This document shows, piece after piece, positions 49,101-63,300 of a stretch of DNA of 64,000 bases. Source of the stretch: Raillietiella orientalis (lineage: Eukaryota); NCBI GenBank assembly GCA_036172245.1, contig JAYWIR010000020.1, positions 2,356,001 through 2,420,000 on the forward strand, in the 5' to 3' direction. How positions within the stretch are numbered: the stretch's first letter is position 1; every line of letters starts with the position of its first letter. The translations under genes were made by a program, and so were the position numbers. The notes beneath the pieces are model-generated. The model made no database searches. It had not been told where the DNA came from and saw only the letters and a list, made by a program, of their open reading frames with translations.

Positions 49101-50004
49101 TTAGAGTTACACTATTACTTGAAAATTCTCCATTTCTCTTTTAACACTTTTGTCTTACATTCCTAGGCTCGCTTCTATCTACTATAATTATACGTTCGTT
49201 GATTGCAGCCTCCTTCTGTCTATCCTGCACTTAGTATGAATATCGTTCCGTCTTCTAATGAGCTACCCGGAATTCTCTCGAAGAATTATCCAGAAATCAT
49301 GTGCCTGTCAAAAATGTGCTGCTACGAAACTTCTGGTAAAGGACTTTTGAAGGGCACGATTTCATTTCCCCGTACCTGGCCTTCCACGATTTTTCTACTA
49401 TTCAGGTTCCTCAGGATGCCTGTGAAATGCTTCCAATGACTAAATTATTCCTCCGGAAGCGGATTTAGCCACGAATTAGATAAGTGCACTAATTAGATGG
49501 TCAGGATGTGAGTTTGTTAAAACCAAACATTTTCTCGGAATTGTGTGGTCATTCCAATGCAGTGAAAAAAGAGTTCATCTATTAGGTGGCTCCACGGCTC
49601 TTGCTAGTGACTTTGCTAATACAAATTCCGTCGCCTTTAAGCAGCCTCGAAGAGTACGTTTTTGTTACTCCGTTCTCTTTGTCCTCACGATGAATGACAA
49701 AAGTGGGGATGTAAAGAATGCTGCGTTGGATTGTGCAATGTATTGATTAACGAATCGAAAGATATCGAAGGTTGCGACTTGAAGAGACAAGTGCATTTTC
49801 TGACCACCAGAGCATCCCTTTGAGAAGATTACTGGAGGAGGAGTGGAAACTATGCTTGCACTTTCATTTGTGGTAAACCTTCAATCTCAAGATATAAATC
49901 AATGAAATCAGTGAATAAACCGGAATAAAAAGAAATTGAAAAATCCATAAAACCATGTCCCCGTGGAGCACGCCTGGCTTCATAGGGTGATCTTTCCGTG
50001 GTTA

Positions 50005-50310
50005 TCCCTAGCTTGAAGAGTTACACTGTCGGATGGCGTGGACAGCATCAAAGAGTTTTGTGGGCTCTCCCTGAAGAGGCGAACCGTTCGTCAGCACTTG
50101 GCGAACCAAAACCAAAAAAAAAAGCAGTGAGGAAAGCAGCGGGAACAAAAGAATCCCAAAGGATTCTTTATCAGCTGAACCCTCGTCAAGACGCAAGGCG
50201 TGAATTTCCGAGAAACTGTGACGAATTCCATTGTCCTCCGTGATCTCTCTTCTGCTCTGGAACCCCAAGATGAAACCGCAGCGCCCTCTTCTTGACTTCA
50301 CATCACCTTG
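50005..50310 (+). mobile_element. Non-LTR EN-RT linker fragment
   Basis: cttgaagagttacac...gcgtggacag...gaggcgaac...agcacttggcgaacc shared with the 17.7, 19.9, 29.4 and 39.8 kb copies. Confidence 0.65.
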
Positions 50311-50989
50311 GAATTCTAGACCCAAGGATTCCCATGGTCGTAAAATCTCCCTTTCATCTGTGATGACGTGCCCTTTAAGGGAGAACACGGAAATGCACAG
50401 GCCGAGCTGATCAAAGATGCGTCAGCCTTATCGTCAGTCGATATTTTCATTTTTCTGCGAACAGATGGGAAGCTTGGAGGCTTGGGTCCCAAGAGAGGTC
50501 CTACACACACACGCACACGCACACACACACACAAAAAAAAAACATCTCATATGAAAAAGGAAACGGAGATCGGAAGAAATCGAAAGCTGGAAACGGAGTT
50601 GCGAATGTGCCATAAATCTCAAATGATAAATAAAACTCCAGTTCGTGTATCTCTATTTGACAAACGATTCCCCCGAGTCACTTTGCTGCTGGAAGCTGCG
50701 AGGAAACTGGTACTTGCGCGCAGCAGACTCGTGAGAAAGGGATGACGCGGGAATGGGGTTCCGTACCAGTAGATCTGGCGTTTCGGAAGGCGTAACGCGT
50801 GCCAAGATGGTGAGAGGGAACTTGGCCTGGATTACCCAGGATTTTCCCAAATCCGACGAGCGGAGGGGTGAATTTATTTCCATTCTTTTAGACAACTACA
50901 CCTTAAACACTCTGCACACTACACGAGTCGCATTTTCTTCAATGGTGGAAAGGGAATCATTTCAACTGTCTGGACGTAATCGCCGATTT

Positions 50990-53430
50990 CCTTTAAAATG
51001 TATCGATGCGTCCAGGCTGGTATCCTTCCGCAGTTCCTAATCCCGATTTCTTTTTGTATAATTCGTTTGAGGGTTTCCACGGCTAGTGTTCCTCGCTGGG
51101 GTATTTGCATCTTTGCTCTTCTTTTATCAGAACCGCTGTGATAAAGAGGGCAAGCGTTATTTGAATTATCGGGTAGTACAGGGGTACGTTTCCCTGAAAC
51201 GTGTCCGTCAGAATCTCCATCCTCTTGCTTCCCTGCAGGTCGGTCATCACCTCCACCACCTGCCAATCAGGTCGAAGTGTGGAGCAAGTGAACAAGTGGA
51301 GCTGCATTCCTTCCGCTCCACACGCCTTGCAGAGTCCATCTTGGATGATCCCGGTCCAGTGTCGAAGTCTGGAGCCACTCAGGATCCCTCCGTGATAGAA
51401 CAGTATCGAGGAATGACCTTCCCCGGACACCCAGGTGTCATCCTGGGTGTCCTTCCTCCGAAGTGCATCTCCAGCCTCTTGCACGTTTGCATGTGGGCAT
51501 CCACAGCGGTTTGAGGATGCATCGAAGGCACCATCATCTCGATCCTATCTTACCCAGAATTAATCAAGGCGGTGGTGATTTCAGTGCCGACTCTGCTGCC
51601 CGTGGCTTGTTCTCTGCTTGCAGCTGGGCTGTGTTCCTCCGGTTGGACGGATTGGACAGACACATTTTCGTCATTTTCCGACGGGGACACGGAGTGTTTC
51701 TCTCAGGTGCTTCTCCACCCAAGAGCGGATTTCACTCCGGATGCTTCCTTGAATCGCTGTCGCGTGGCGCACCAGCTGGGCACGAAATTCCAGATCCTTC
51801 GAATTTCGGATTCCGGGTTTGAAGCTACTTTTCTTGAGAAGCAGTGATGGTTCTTAGGGACTGATCTTTTTCTTCTGTGCACGAACGGCCAGGGTGCTCA
51901 TTCAGAAAGTTCTTCTGGGAACATGGTCGGAGGCGAGCGACAATTCTTCAAGCACTCCATCCATCCATCCCCACAGCAAGCGGGGTTGGTTGGACCACGT
52001 ATCCCTGCTATCCGCAGGGAAGCCCCTGGAGGTGACGGACTGGAAAAGTTGGTCCATGCTGACAAGCGGAAAGACATTCTGGAAGGTCTTTCACACGCTG
52101 GACAGCGACTGCGGGAAGGGCAGTGCTTCGCAGGCGCACTCCGAGTGGACTCGGGGTGGACTTGTCCTTCCGGTCTTTTGAACCGAGTGCACTGAGTGAA
52201 CTGAATCTGTGCGGACGCCCGCAAGACACCGCCTCCGGAGGATTCGCCTTGCTTCATCCTGCAGCATGTTGCACTTCCAGCGAGCCCGAGTCACCCTCGA
52301 AACCCCACGTTCGAGGACCCCGGTGGCAATTGCGCCCAAGGACAAGACCTCAACGGGTTTGCTTCAAAATCCCGGATGCCGAAATCTCGAGAGCTCACAA
52401 GAAAAGACATAAATGTATATGCTTACTATATACATGTGTATATTAATATACACATGTATGTATGTTATATGTAAATTTATTTCAACATATATGCCATCTA
52501 TATGTCTACGTCTATTCATGTGTCTACGTCAAGCGTCATCTACGTCTACGTCTATCTTTATATCTATATCTGTGTATCTATTCATTTAGCTATCTATATT
52601 ATTAATATGGAAATTTATTTCAACATGCATATCCATTAATATTTATTTATACACATAATACTGATATAATAAATAATGTGTGTTAACACAGATTATTCAT
52701 ATACATATATAAAAATAATTGAAAATATTCATAAAAATAAATACATATGTTTATTATGTATATGAATATCTACATTTATATACATATTAATATATATTCT
52801 GAGGACTATAAAAAATATAGAAAGATATATTTTGTATATTAATATATGGAGAGTAATGCCCAAATTTATTTTAACGCAAACATTTAGTGATTTTCATTAA
52901 GATACCTATTCATAATGATATTATTTGAACATATTTATTAATATTATTAGCACAGATGTTATTAATACAATTAAAACTGTGTTTATCGTATATATATCGT
53001 GAAGATTTTAGAAAATAAATGCAGATGAATGCTGAATATATTAGAATCTATATTTATGTATAGATTGATGTGCAAATTGATTTCAAAGCGCATCTTTATT
53101 AATATAATTCATAGTCTGTATTCACAAATTACAAATATATGTATTGAAGGTGGCAAAAAATAAATGTACATGTTTAGAATTTGGTATTTATGTATTCATG
53201 CAGATAATATATTTATTATACATATACGTGTACATATGAATATACATATGATAAGCACATACATTTATTTTTAATGACCTTTCTGGGTTTCCGCATTCGG
53301 GATTTTGATGAATACTGACCTCAGTTTGCTCCCGCGCAGGAGGGGAAGAGCGTTTCCTGGAAACTGGCCGCCATCCCACGTGATGATTTTAGGGCCTGCG
53401 TCGGGCACTCCCGTGCAGGCTTCCAAATCA
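50990..53430 (-). mobile_element. Second L1/Tx1-type family 3' fragment, interrupted by foldback MITE B
   Basis: ILFYHGGILSG...GLCKACGAEGMQLHLFTCSTLRPDW zf-RVT at 51.2-51.4 kb. GC-rich sequence resumes on both sides of the MITE, with an IWK...DGG post-RT-like motif near 53.4 kb. Confidence 0.6.
52355..53316. mobile_element. AT-rich foldback MITE, copy B, probably Mutator (MULE) superfamily
   Basis: Inverted termini tcaaaatcccggatgccgaaatctcgaga vs tctgggtttccgcattcgggattttga, extending about 100 bp. Flanking direct repeat gacctcaac (52346) / gacctcagt (53317) fits a decayed 9-bp TSD. Confidence 0.85.
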
Positions 53431-53470
53431 ATTTGTGCATATGTACATTGCTGTAAATAATAAACATATA

Positions 53471-53759
53471 CAGTGGTACCTCGGTACTCGGCGGCTCATG
53501 CTCGGAACTCGACACCCAGCTCTCATGATACGAGTGAACGTTTTCTCCTCACGGTCGCTCGCGAACACTTCCCTATGCGGGGCCTCCCGAACCCTCCCCT
53601 CTTTTGCACTCTCTTCGCATTTCAAGCGTTAATCCTGGGTCCTAAAAGGGTTGAAAGTGATACTCCGAAGCCTAGAAAGGAACTCGTTCGGTATTCGTTG
53701 GTTTCGGCACTCGTCACGAGTTACGGAACGAACTACCGACGAGTAGAGAGGTACCATTG
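53471..53759. mobile_element. Tc1/mariner-pogo (Tigger-like) MITE
   Basis: 24-bp imperfect TIR cagtggtacctcggtactcggcgg vs caatggtacctctctactcgtcgg (reverse complement of the right end); TA on both flanks (53469-70, 53760-61). Confidence 0.85.
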
Positions 53760-54200
53760 TACGGGGGACGTGCTTCATGCTGTACCGTCCGTTTTCCGAG
53801 TCGCGTATTTTCCCAGGGACGAGGAATGAACTCCCTCAGAGTTATCGGGAAGCTGACGCGAAACTTGAGTCGCGGACCGGAATGGAAACGAAAAGAACTT
53901 CGACTCATTTCTCGGGATGCGACCTCCTGGAAGGAAAGATACGGAGCATTTCCGCAATGTTCGTGATCTCTGTAGATGGCCCGACCCACTCTCCAAACTT
54001 TTCCAGGAGACCTTTCGTGACTCTGCCCTGCAACCGTATTCGGCTTTTCCTCTTCTCCTCCAAACGAGGTGAGAGCCACAGCTCGCGTTTTTCCAGCTTG
54101 CGTGGTGAGCCCGTAATTGCTTCCTGTCTCCTGGAATCTCCTGGTGTCCGCGACGGAGTCTCGGAGAGGTCACATTTTAACGAGAAAAAAAATGTTTTGA

Positions 54201-54304
54201 CACTCGGAGGCGCATGCTCGGAACTCGGCACCCAGCTCTCGTGAAACGAGTGAACGTTTTCTCCTCACGGTCGCTCGCGAACACTTCCTTATGTGGGGCC
54301 TCCC
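54201..54304. repeat. Partial second copy of the 53471 MITE left arm
   Basis: catgctcggaactcg.cacccagctctc...cgagtgaacgttttctcctcacggtcgctcgcgaacacttcc is nearly identical to 53497-53588. Confidence 0.85.
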
Positions 54305-54725
54305 TTTCGGAGAGAACCGTCCCCTTCGGAGAGGTCACTCCTCGTGTCTTCCGTCGGTGCCCAGCAAAATACTCGCCATTCTTTCGGCAGACGGGAAAGC
54401 ACGCAGCGTTCCCCTTAGAATCGCCGCGGACGGACAGTGGTCAGCGACGGCTCGAGGCGACAAGCAAAAGTGACTCCTTGCGTTAAGCCCGCCATCTACC
54501 CGGGATTTCCGGAAGCTCCAGCCAGCGTTCCGCTTTGCGCGGGGAATCTGTCCCCATTTTTCCAGCATCTCCTTTGCGTAGCAAAACATGACCTTCTTTG
54601 ATCTTTAACAGTCTTCTTGGCATAACCTGCCGCTAGCGTAAAATAAGATCGCTGATGTGTGCAGACAGAAAATCCCATGCCTTTAAACGAAAGCCGGATC
54701 TCCCTTCCTATCTTCAGTAAAACTT

Positions 54726-55197
54726 GGGATCTGTGCGGAATCTCGGATGCCGAGATCTCGGAAGAAAGTAAAACAATAAAAAAAAAAAAAAAATGCTTAC
54801 CATACCTATTAATATATGTATTTATATGGAAATCTGCAAATTTATTGTGACGCGCATATCTATCGATACTCATTAATGTACGTATTATGAATATGATTAA
54901 TAATACGTATTATCATATGCATTAAAGATGACAAAAAGTAAATATTTGTAAATTTATATACTCACATAATTTACATGTGTGATATATACAAATATATACA
55001 ATAAACGTATATAATTATATTTGTAATTTTTGATATATATATCTTAATGCATATTACTGATTATAAGCAAACATGGTAAACATGCATATCAAAACAAATT
55101 TGCATATTAATCTGCATATTTATATATGTGATGAACGTGTACATTAACTTTTTTATGATCTTTTTAGATTTCAACATTCGGGATTTCGATCGGCGCA
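54726..55197. mobile_element. AT-rich foldback MITE, copy C (shorter)
   Basis: Termini gaatctcggatgccgagatctcgg and agatttcaacattcgggatttcga match copies A and B; AT-rich interior; TSD not recognisable. Confidence 0.75.
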
Positions 55198-56040
55198 TGG
55201 AGAAAATCAGTCCTCAGAATCAGTCCTCATCTGCGACATCCCCCTCAGGTAATTTTTCAAAACTCTTTCGGCACAGGATACTGGTTTTGAGGCACAAAAT
55301 ACAGCATCATATGCCGAGCACGTCTTTCAGCATCCAACGGCTGCAAATCCGAGTTTCATGACTCTCCAGACTAAGAAAGAGAAAGATGGTGCAACTCTCT
55401 CTGCCGAGGCAAAGAGATGAAGTGCATCCCTTCAAGTAGCTGCCTTTTCGGTTTTCTCAGCCGCTGGCTGCAGCTGCTTTCCCAAAGAGTTGGAACACTC
55501 GAATGCCCCTTCTTGGAACCGAGATGCCCATTTCCATGAGGGTCGAGCACGAACTTTGGATAATCAACGCTTTGTCTGCTATGAATTAAATAAACACAGC
55601 AGCCGAAGCAACACTTGAAGAATAGCAATGGGCCGTTTTAAAAGCGCATTCAAAAACTCACCGGAAGACAACATGATGGTGGTGGTTCCTCGCGTGCCTG
55701 CCTTCTCCCAAATGCACCGGCAGCATGAAATAGGATGACGCCAACCTCTTAACGCTGGTGACAAGCAAAAGGAGGAAATCCTCGCGCGCCAATTTTCCAA
55801 AAATCCAAAAAGAATGTCAGAGCCGAGAATCAATTACCAGGACCACAGCAAACAGTCCGTTTCCGTTCGATTCTAGTTCGAAAGGTCCATGGAAGGAAAA
55901 CAAAAAAAAAAAAAACACCTCAAGGAATCTTCATGTATGTTTTTTTTTTTTTTGAAAAAAAATAATTGGACATTAAATCATGTTTGAGTTCGAATTCTGG
56001 TGATGAGTTGGCCTTGGGCAGTGTAAGCTGTCAGGAAAAA

Positions 56041-56081
56041 CACACACACACATACAAACACACACACACACACACACACAC
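56041..56081. repeat. (CA)n microsatellite (another at about 50503-50533)
   Basis: Direct reading of the sequence. Confidence 0.9.
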
Positions 56082-59000
56082 TAATGTTCACTCGGGAAGG
56101 CCTAAGAGAAGTGCATTTTGATCTTAGAGTTATTGATGACTTTACTGCTGCATTCGAATGATGTGTCGCAATCCTAGGTGCCGTGGCCACTTACAAGTCG
56201 CAGAAGTCATTGGTACTCAACAGCTTTTCGCTTTCGTGGAGAAGAGCAGCCTTCCTTTGCAAGGACGTAAGAAAACAGCTGGAATCCTTTCAAAGAAAGG
56301 AAAGAGAGAAAGGATAATTTAATAAAGCAGGAGGGATTCAAAGCAAAATAAAATACGGAAGCCCTCCGTTCGTCCTTCTTCATTGAATAAAACACGAATT
56401 TTAAATCCATTCTCGCCACGGGATTAAGAAATTTATTGTGATTGGAAAGAGCAGAAGTGAAGTAAACACCCGTAGGAAACCCAAACAGGTGAATTGCTCC
56501 AGTCTGGCCGGAAGGCCACTTTCTTCGCATCAGGCACCACGAGGCATTCGAAAGGGAGGCAGTCTGGCGTGGACAATCCGCTGGTCATGCTGTGCATCGC
56601 TCTTAGCAAATGAAATGTACATTCAAATGTACAGCGGAGGGATTTTTTTTGTTTTCCTTTTTTCTCTTCCCTGGTCGTCGTACGGCCGCGCGATTCGTTC
56701 CTTGATCGTCGAACGTGCGCTCTGGACCAGTTCCACGAACCTGCTAGCCGCGGGTGTCGTTTAACCCTTCCTTTTGCTGTGCCCTCGGATGTCGCAAGAA
56801 ATAGAGCAGAGCTGACGTCTCGTCCCCACTGCTACCTTTCGCTCCCCCCGGAAAACTGACACACGCGTTCCTTAATATGCAAACCTCCTCGTGAGTAAAC
56901 GTATGATAATCCAGCTGAGGGTCATGCGACAGGTAATTTCTTGAGGGGACCCTTCCGAACGACTTCCAGCGGATGTCATTAGAAATGATATAGTCCTTCA
57001 GCCTCCCGGTTATTCTTCGAGCGAAGCGAAGACACTGGCCTCCTGCTAGCCAGGAAAAAAAAAAGAAGAAGAAAAGCGAATGAACTTGCAGTCTCTCCTG
57101 TGATTCGGAGCAGTTATGAGCACCTGTGTCAAAGACGCTCATCTGAATCCGCCTTTGTTCTTGGTATGAGAACGAAATAGCGGTCATCGCAAGTGTTTGC
57201 ATATTTTCAAGAGGAAAACAGTGGACCAATTAGATGCAACGAGTGGTATCCAAAACATGCTGTCTCTTCTCTTTTTTTCTTTAACGAGGCTCGCGGAGAT
57301 AAAACACACAAAAAAGAAAACTGGAAGACATTGACGCTGAAAGCGTTTCAGGCGGCTATTTGAAATTTCGAAACGACGACTATCTTTTTTGGAGGATGTG
57401 CCCCAAACTAATAAAGCAGCTCTGCTAAGATGTATGCTTTAAGTGGGTAAAAGGACGAATCTTCTCAAGGATTTCCGAGTCAGGATTTCCTTTTATCGAA
57501 AAGAAAAAGCAACAGCGGGCAAAGTTATGGCCCGCGGCCAGCAGACGCAGACTTTTTTCTGTTTCTGACTGGTGCTTTATTTTTTTAATTTCCTTTTTTT
57601 TTTTTTTTTTTCTTTTCGGTTTTGAGGCATTTTTCGTAAAGAGCAAACCTTTTCGAACCTTCTTTCTGTTTGGAGAAGACCAGGTAGATGGTTTCAATCC
57701 GGATTGCGGTTTTTACCATCACCGTGCTCTGTTTTTGGTTTTGTTTTGTTTTTTTCACATACGTTTGCAAGGAAACTGCTGCGTGTATCTGGTCAATCTT
57801 CCATCTTCGTCCGTCCAAGTTGTTTTCGTGTGGATCATGCTGGAGTGCTCCGATGCGGTTAGCTGGGGTCGATGCTGACCCGAAAGGAATCCGTGGTGCG
57901 AGTTTAGGTGCCTCATAGGAAACGTGTTTAGAAGATTTCTCTTGGTTGTTGAGATTACAACCTGCTGCACCCTTTCTTGAGGTCTAATCAGTTTAAACGA
58001 AGAAGAAAAAAAAGCCTTTAAGAGTTTCCTTGACATTTAATCGTCTTAAAAGCAGAGCAGTTTCCTTTTCGCAATCATACTAATGCATCTGTGTCATTTT
58101 GAGGGTCATTCAGTCGACTGCAGGAATTCTTATGTCAATCTAACCAAATAAAGTGGTGTCTTGTGACGCTGCTCAAGATCCGTAATTCCTCTCAGGTCCA
58201 TAATACCGTACGCTTCTGGCTAGCAATCAGTATGTGTGCGTGTGCGCGTGTTTTTTTTAAAGCGAACGGCAGTAAACATTTGCTTAGTTTCTCGAGGAAC
58301 GAAAAGATGAGTGATGATTCCTAGGAGAATACAACCTTCTCGATGCTGATCACCTTCCAACAGTCCTGTTCTTGGCCGTGGATGTATCAATCTTCTACAT
58401 CGCACGTAGGAATGTATCAACCCTTGGTGCGCTATTCAAAACCAAAGTCAGTATGGCCTGCTCGGTCGGTCGAGTTTGCAATTGGAGACATAATCCATCA
58501 GAAATGGGACAGCCTAAAGAACCTTTAGAATTTGAAATGCAAAGGACCACCTGCACTGGAGTCCTGTGGAAGCCTCAACTCTTGTGCAATTGACCTGCAT
58601 TTTCGCCATCCTCTTGGAATTTTTCATCCCTATTATATGCGTTCCTGAAGATCGTACAGTACGTTAGGTCTAAATAACTTGTGACCTCCTCCCCCGCTTA
58701 ACTTCCATGGAATCGAGACATCATTAGTTTCTTTAGTAACCATGCTTACGTGCTTGAGATGAGCCTTTGCATAGGAATGCATGTCAGGCGTTACAGCGGC
58801 ATAATATTGATGTTTAAGAAAACCTGAAATTTATTCATTCATTACTCAACTTTAAGTAAGGAATGAAATTTTTGGACTCGATATTTAGAGGACTTTTATA
58901 CAATTGCCAGAGTTTCATTCTCGTTCGTGAAAAATGCACCTCCTTGCGCCATTTTGTTCACGAAAATCTGAATGCAATAGAAATCAGGTGCTCGTATTCT

Positions 59001-59647
59001 TCATGAGAGCAGCTGGGTCGACGCTGTACCACAATATTAAACTTCAGCCAGAGCGTTGTACATATACTAAAAATGAATACGTAACCTGTCCGAGGATTTT
59101 GAATCCATCTAGAGATGTAAGGGGTGTTTTCGAACTTCGCTAAACACGGTGTAGTTTCCGACATGTCCACCTTCCTGAAGTCAAGGAATTTTTTAACACT
59201 TTGACTGCGAATAGTCAAAATATGAAACGTGAATTGGCAGCTCCGTCATGCATTGGTAAGAGTACAGGAAAAAAAACATACTCAAGTGACGAGAAGCTCA
59301 CCTTTATACTTTCACTAGAAAACTGAATGTGAAATGCCTTTGCACTATGATGTCTTGCTGTGTGCAAATTCAGCAAATGTTAATGCTCGTGGCCTAACTA
59401 ACAAACTGTTTTCAATGAGCCATAAAATTTTTGCCAATCAGCTGTCATCGAGGATGTAACCTAAAGATGATTATTATCTACGAAACACCTAAAACAACAG
59501 GAGACTCTTTTTCTGAGCTTTCGAATATCCGTTGAGAAGGGAGTGACAGAACTGGTTATAAATTCAGCTGCAAAGACAGGTTTCATGGTCTTCTGAACAC
59601 GTTTCCCTTGAAGGTCTCTGAAACTGACCTCCTGGATTCTTCCCAGT

Positions 59648-60301
59648 TCAATACTGACCCTGGTCACCACACGGAAGCAAAGTCCTGTTGCTACCACCTG
59701 CACGCTTTGTATTACCACAAAGATTCTTACACCTTCGATATTTTAGGTGCCCTCTCACTGCATTAGCTGCAGTATAAGACAGAATTCGATTGGAAAAACA
59801 AACTCCAAAAATGATGGCTATGGCAAAGAAGCTGATCGCACAAACACTTTGACTGTACATTGCAATGCTGAGAATTATGCACCTTGTGAGATGACACAAA
59901 AACAGAAGGATGCTGCAGCAGCATAGACATGCAATACGGGTGACATATTTCTTGCCCAGCAAAAGCACCTTATTGCAGACGTGGCCTCCAACTTTCCATG
60001 ATCCACCATACGTCTTACATGCTGTAATTTTTCCGCTGATCATTCGATGACGACCGTTGAATACATGAAAAATCACATGCAGATAGAATGAAGATACTTG
60101 AACGAAGAAACGGATACATTCCGGTAAAATAGGACGAATTAAACGGTAGTTAAGCAACTCGGATCGTTTTGTCAGAATAACAGTATCAAGAAATCTCGAG
60201 TCAACCAACTCCATCAAGGCTGTTAATAGGGGTAAATCGGAGATCGAGACCCCATGATGGGTTTCCAACATCATACTGGAAGCTGCGCTCGAATCCAGCA
60301 C
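59648..60301 (-). pseudogene. Hydrophobic 217-codon frame, possible membrane-protein (chemoreceptor-like) remnant
   Basis: Two TM-like stretches (RIACLCCCSILLFLCHL; IAMYSQSVCAISFFAIAIIFGVCF); no diagnostic motif. Confidence 0.25.
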
Positions 60302-63300
60302 GGAGAGCCAATCGTAGCTCGCAGCCTTTAGATCTCGTAGACTCGCTAAAACCAGCGTTCACCTAAATGGTAAAAATTTACTGCAGCCACGGTTCGATTT
60401 TTCACTCCAAAATCATCCCGGATTCATGGCTTTCCACGAGTTTCGCGGCCAATTACTATTAGGAAAAAAACGCCTCTAGGAAGATAGCTTGATGATGACT
60501 AGTGAAGCAAACTTATCTTGGTTAGAGCCTCGCGAGAGTCCCACCGAAGTCCACTTCGGAATTAATGTCTTTTGAATCTTCACGAAACCGATCACATTGC
60601 AAAGTAACCAGAGGTGTTCCATTGATTTGCAGGACGCAAGAACTTTCTAGATTCTCTCTGTCTGAACGGTTTGATAATCGGGAGAAATACAAAAGGACCA
60701 CCATCGGGAATAAAAACTACGGCTAGCCTTGATCACTTTCAAAGGAAAACATCGTTGCTTTTCAGCTCGTTTAGTCGGCTCCAGATACGGACTTTGAGAA
60801 GATTTTCCGAGAAGTCCTTGCGGGACGGTCCAATTCCTAACTTCATGCTCACCACTACTTGGGACGAAAGCTTTGCAGACAGGGTTTATTGCAGGGTCTT
60901 CTTGATAGGATGGGGAACGTCTGCTTAATGCAAGACTGCGTACAAAATACACAAGTCCAGTGGATCCTGCTACGCGGGTTGCCGTTGGTAACAAATCGGC
61001 ATCTTCAATCTGCTGCTAACGCCAGGATGCAGCAAAATCTTGTTCCACCCTCGAAATTTCTAATAAGATAACATGGTGCTTGCATCCAACATTTCTCTGG
61101 ACAACATACCCAGCAGCCACTCGGATTGCAGAAAACGTCGAAAATTCTTTCCACATTCCATACTTTTTTTAATTGTCGGTGTGGGATTTCAAACTTTATT
61201 TCATTTCAGGCGGTTCCTTTTTATCCACGAAGTGAGTCTCGGTGGCAATTCACACATCAGCTAAGGGATTGGCTGTGGGGTCACTACGCTCATCACTCGT
61301 ACACGAAAACTTTTCTTTTAGCTCCTCGTCAGTTTTTCATTTAGTGGCCTCCCGTTCCTGACGACGGATGTTTTGCGCTCGGGGTTTCTACCGCAGATTT
61401 TTGGCTCCATGGTTTCCCGTCTCCTGAGCGCTCCAACTTCTAATTTGACATTTCTTCAGTATCACCAGCAATCGATTGATCGAAAGCGAATAGTGCAGTG
61501 AAGAAGGAAAAAGTCACAAAATGGATGCACACTTCGCTGTCACGAGTTCAGTGGTTGGCATATGAGCTCCTCGTGTGGCAAAACAAATACGCAAATGGAC
61601 TCCAAACGTGGTCATATTCCTGCCTGATTTGTCCGTTTAACACTTCAGAGCGTTGTGATGATGGCTTTCTTCGAATAGATGGAAAAACGATTTTGGTCGT
61701 ACCCTCCGGGCGAGTCTGTCGCATTTTTATCTCTTTGGTTGTGATTTTGCAACGACGCTAATAGCTTTTGCAGAACCAGAAGCTTGATCCACTTGAACAT
61801 GAAAGTCCTCTGGAGGCATCCCTTGCATAAATCCCTTCATATTTCACCAGGTGATTTGCAAGAGGTTTCTCCTTTTCGGGGATGTGAAAAACACAAGCCT
61901 CTTAACGAGACCTACTCATACAAAGTATATAAAAGTACGTTTCTCCTCCGAAAATGTGATCGGGACAGGGTAGCAAGTAGTAAGTAGGATGTGTCAAGCA
62001 CAAGGAAGAAAGTCTTTCAGATGAACATTCAGAAACAGTACAGCATTCTTCAGCGACGATAGATTCGTAGAATTTCAGGAAATAAAGTTCAACTACTAAT
62101 TGAGAAATACTCGAGTATGGCTCCATGCCCGCAGCATGATCTTCTCTCTAAGAGTACCTGCTCCCCCTCCTCCAAGGGGGTTGCCAGCTGTTCGGTCACC
62201 CTGAGTGGCATTCTTCATTTCAAAGTGTGCTTTTCATGGAGGATGTAAAATTATATCACAAAAAAGTGCGAAAGGTAGAAAAATGTACAAAAAAAAAAGA
62301 AAAACAGAAAAATCGTAAACATACGCATATGTCAGAAGCGCTCTAAAGAGCAATATCTAAGGAAGGAAGAAGTCGCGAGTATCATTAGCGTCATAAAGAA
62401 ATCAGTGAATCAGCAGCTGAACCTGCTGATATCTTCGAGTGACGGATGCCGTTAATCACATTTCATATGATTACATCATTAAGTGGAAAGAGGAAAAAAA
62501 CTGCAAATGCTTCCCAAAGTGGAGTTTTTTAGAAAGCAATCTCAGGAAGTCAGATAATTCTTTCTCATCGCGAGTGAAAATGCAGGATAAAATCAAGGAA
62601 CACAGCAGAGAGGTCAGGTGACCAGTAAACATAGCGAAGCTGCTTATTAGCCCCTTCCTGCCTTGGTTACCCAAAATCAAAGCCATATCGACTTTGGAAC
62701 CCTTCAGAATCCACGTACTCAAAGATCAACCATATGAAACAGGCAGGGAGTCTTCGATTGAAATTCCAGCAGCGGCCGTGCTCACTACTAAGAATAGAAC
62801 CACTAAGAATAGAGGACTGAGGGAGGTTCTCAGTCAGAAGGATTTTTACAGAGGAAATTCCTCGAGTTTAGAGCGAACAAAAAAGATTTTCTTATTTGGC
62901 TATGAATTATGGTTAGGAACGTCAATAGAATGGAAAGAGTGTTTCCCTACGTGTTGCCGAAAAAAGGTCACAACTAATTTGCTTGTATCCCATCTTCTCA
63001 TCTGGAAACTTCCATGACGTCCGATCTTAATAATAGATGGTGAAATGTGTAGAAAAATTCGTCTTCGGGATTGTCAGAATCAAAATTACATCTATTTTCC
63101 ACAAACGGCTTCCTTTTCTTTTCAGCATTGCGAAAGAATCTTTTATATTTCTAAATTTCAAGTGCTCATAAGTCCCACGAGTGAGATTTGCAAGGAATTC
63201 GTTCCACCAGCCAGTTTGAAAAAAGAAAAAAAGGTCAGAAGTTGAATACTGTTTAGAAAGGTATCTCAGGTTATAGAGATGGCAGATTTAAAAAAGGACA

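Noticed and set aside
53800..54100. Tigger transposase C-terminus (STEITNIAEML...HPEK)
   Set aside because: The similarity is only a few residues, and the segment lies outside the TIR pair
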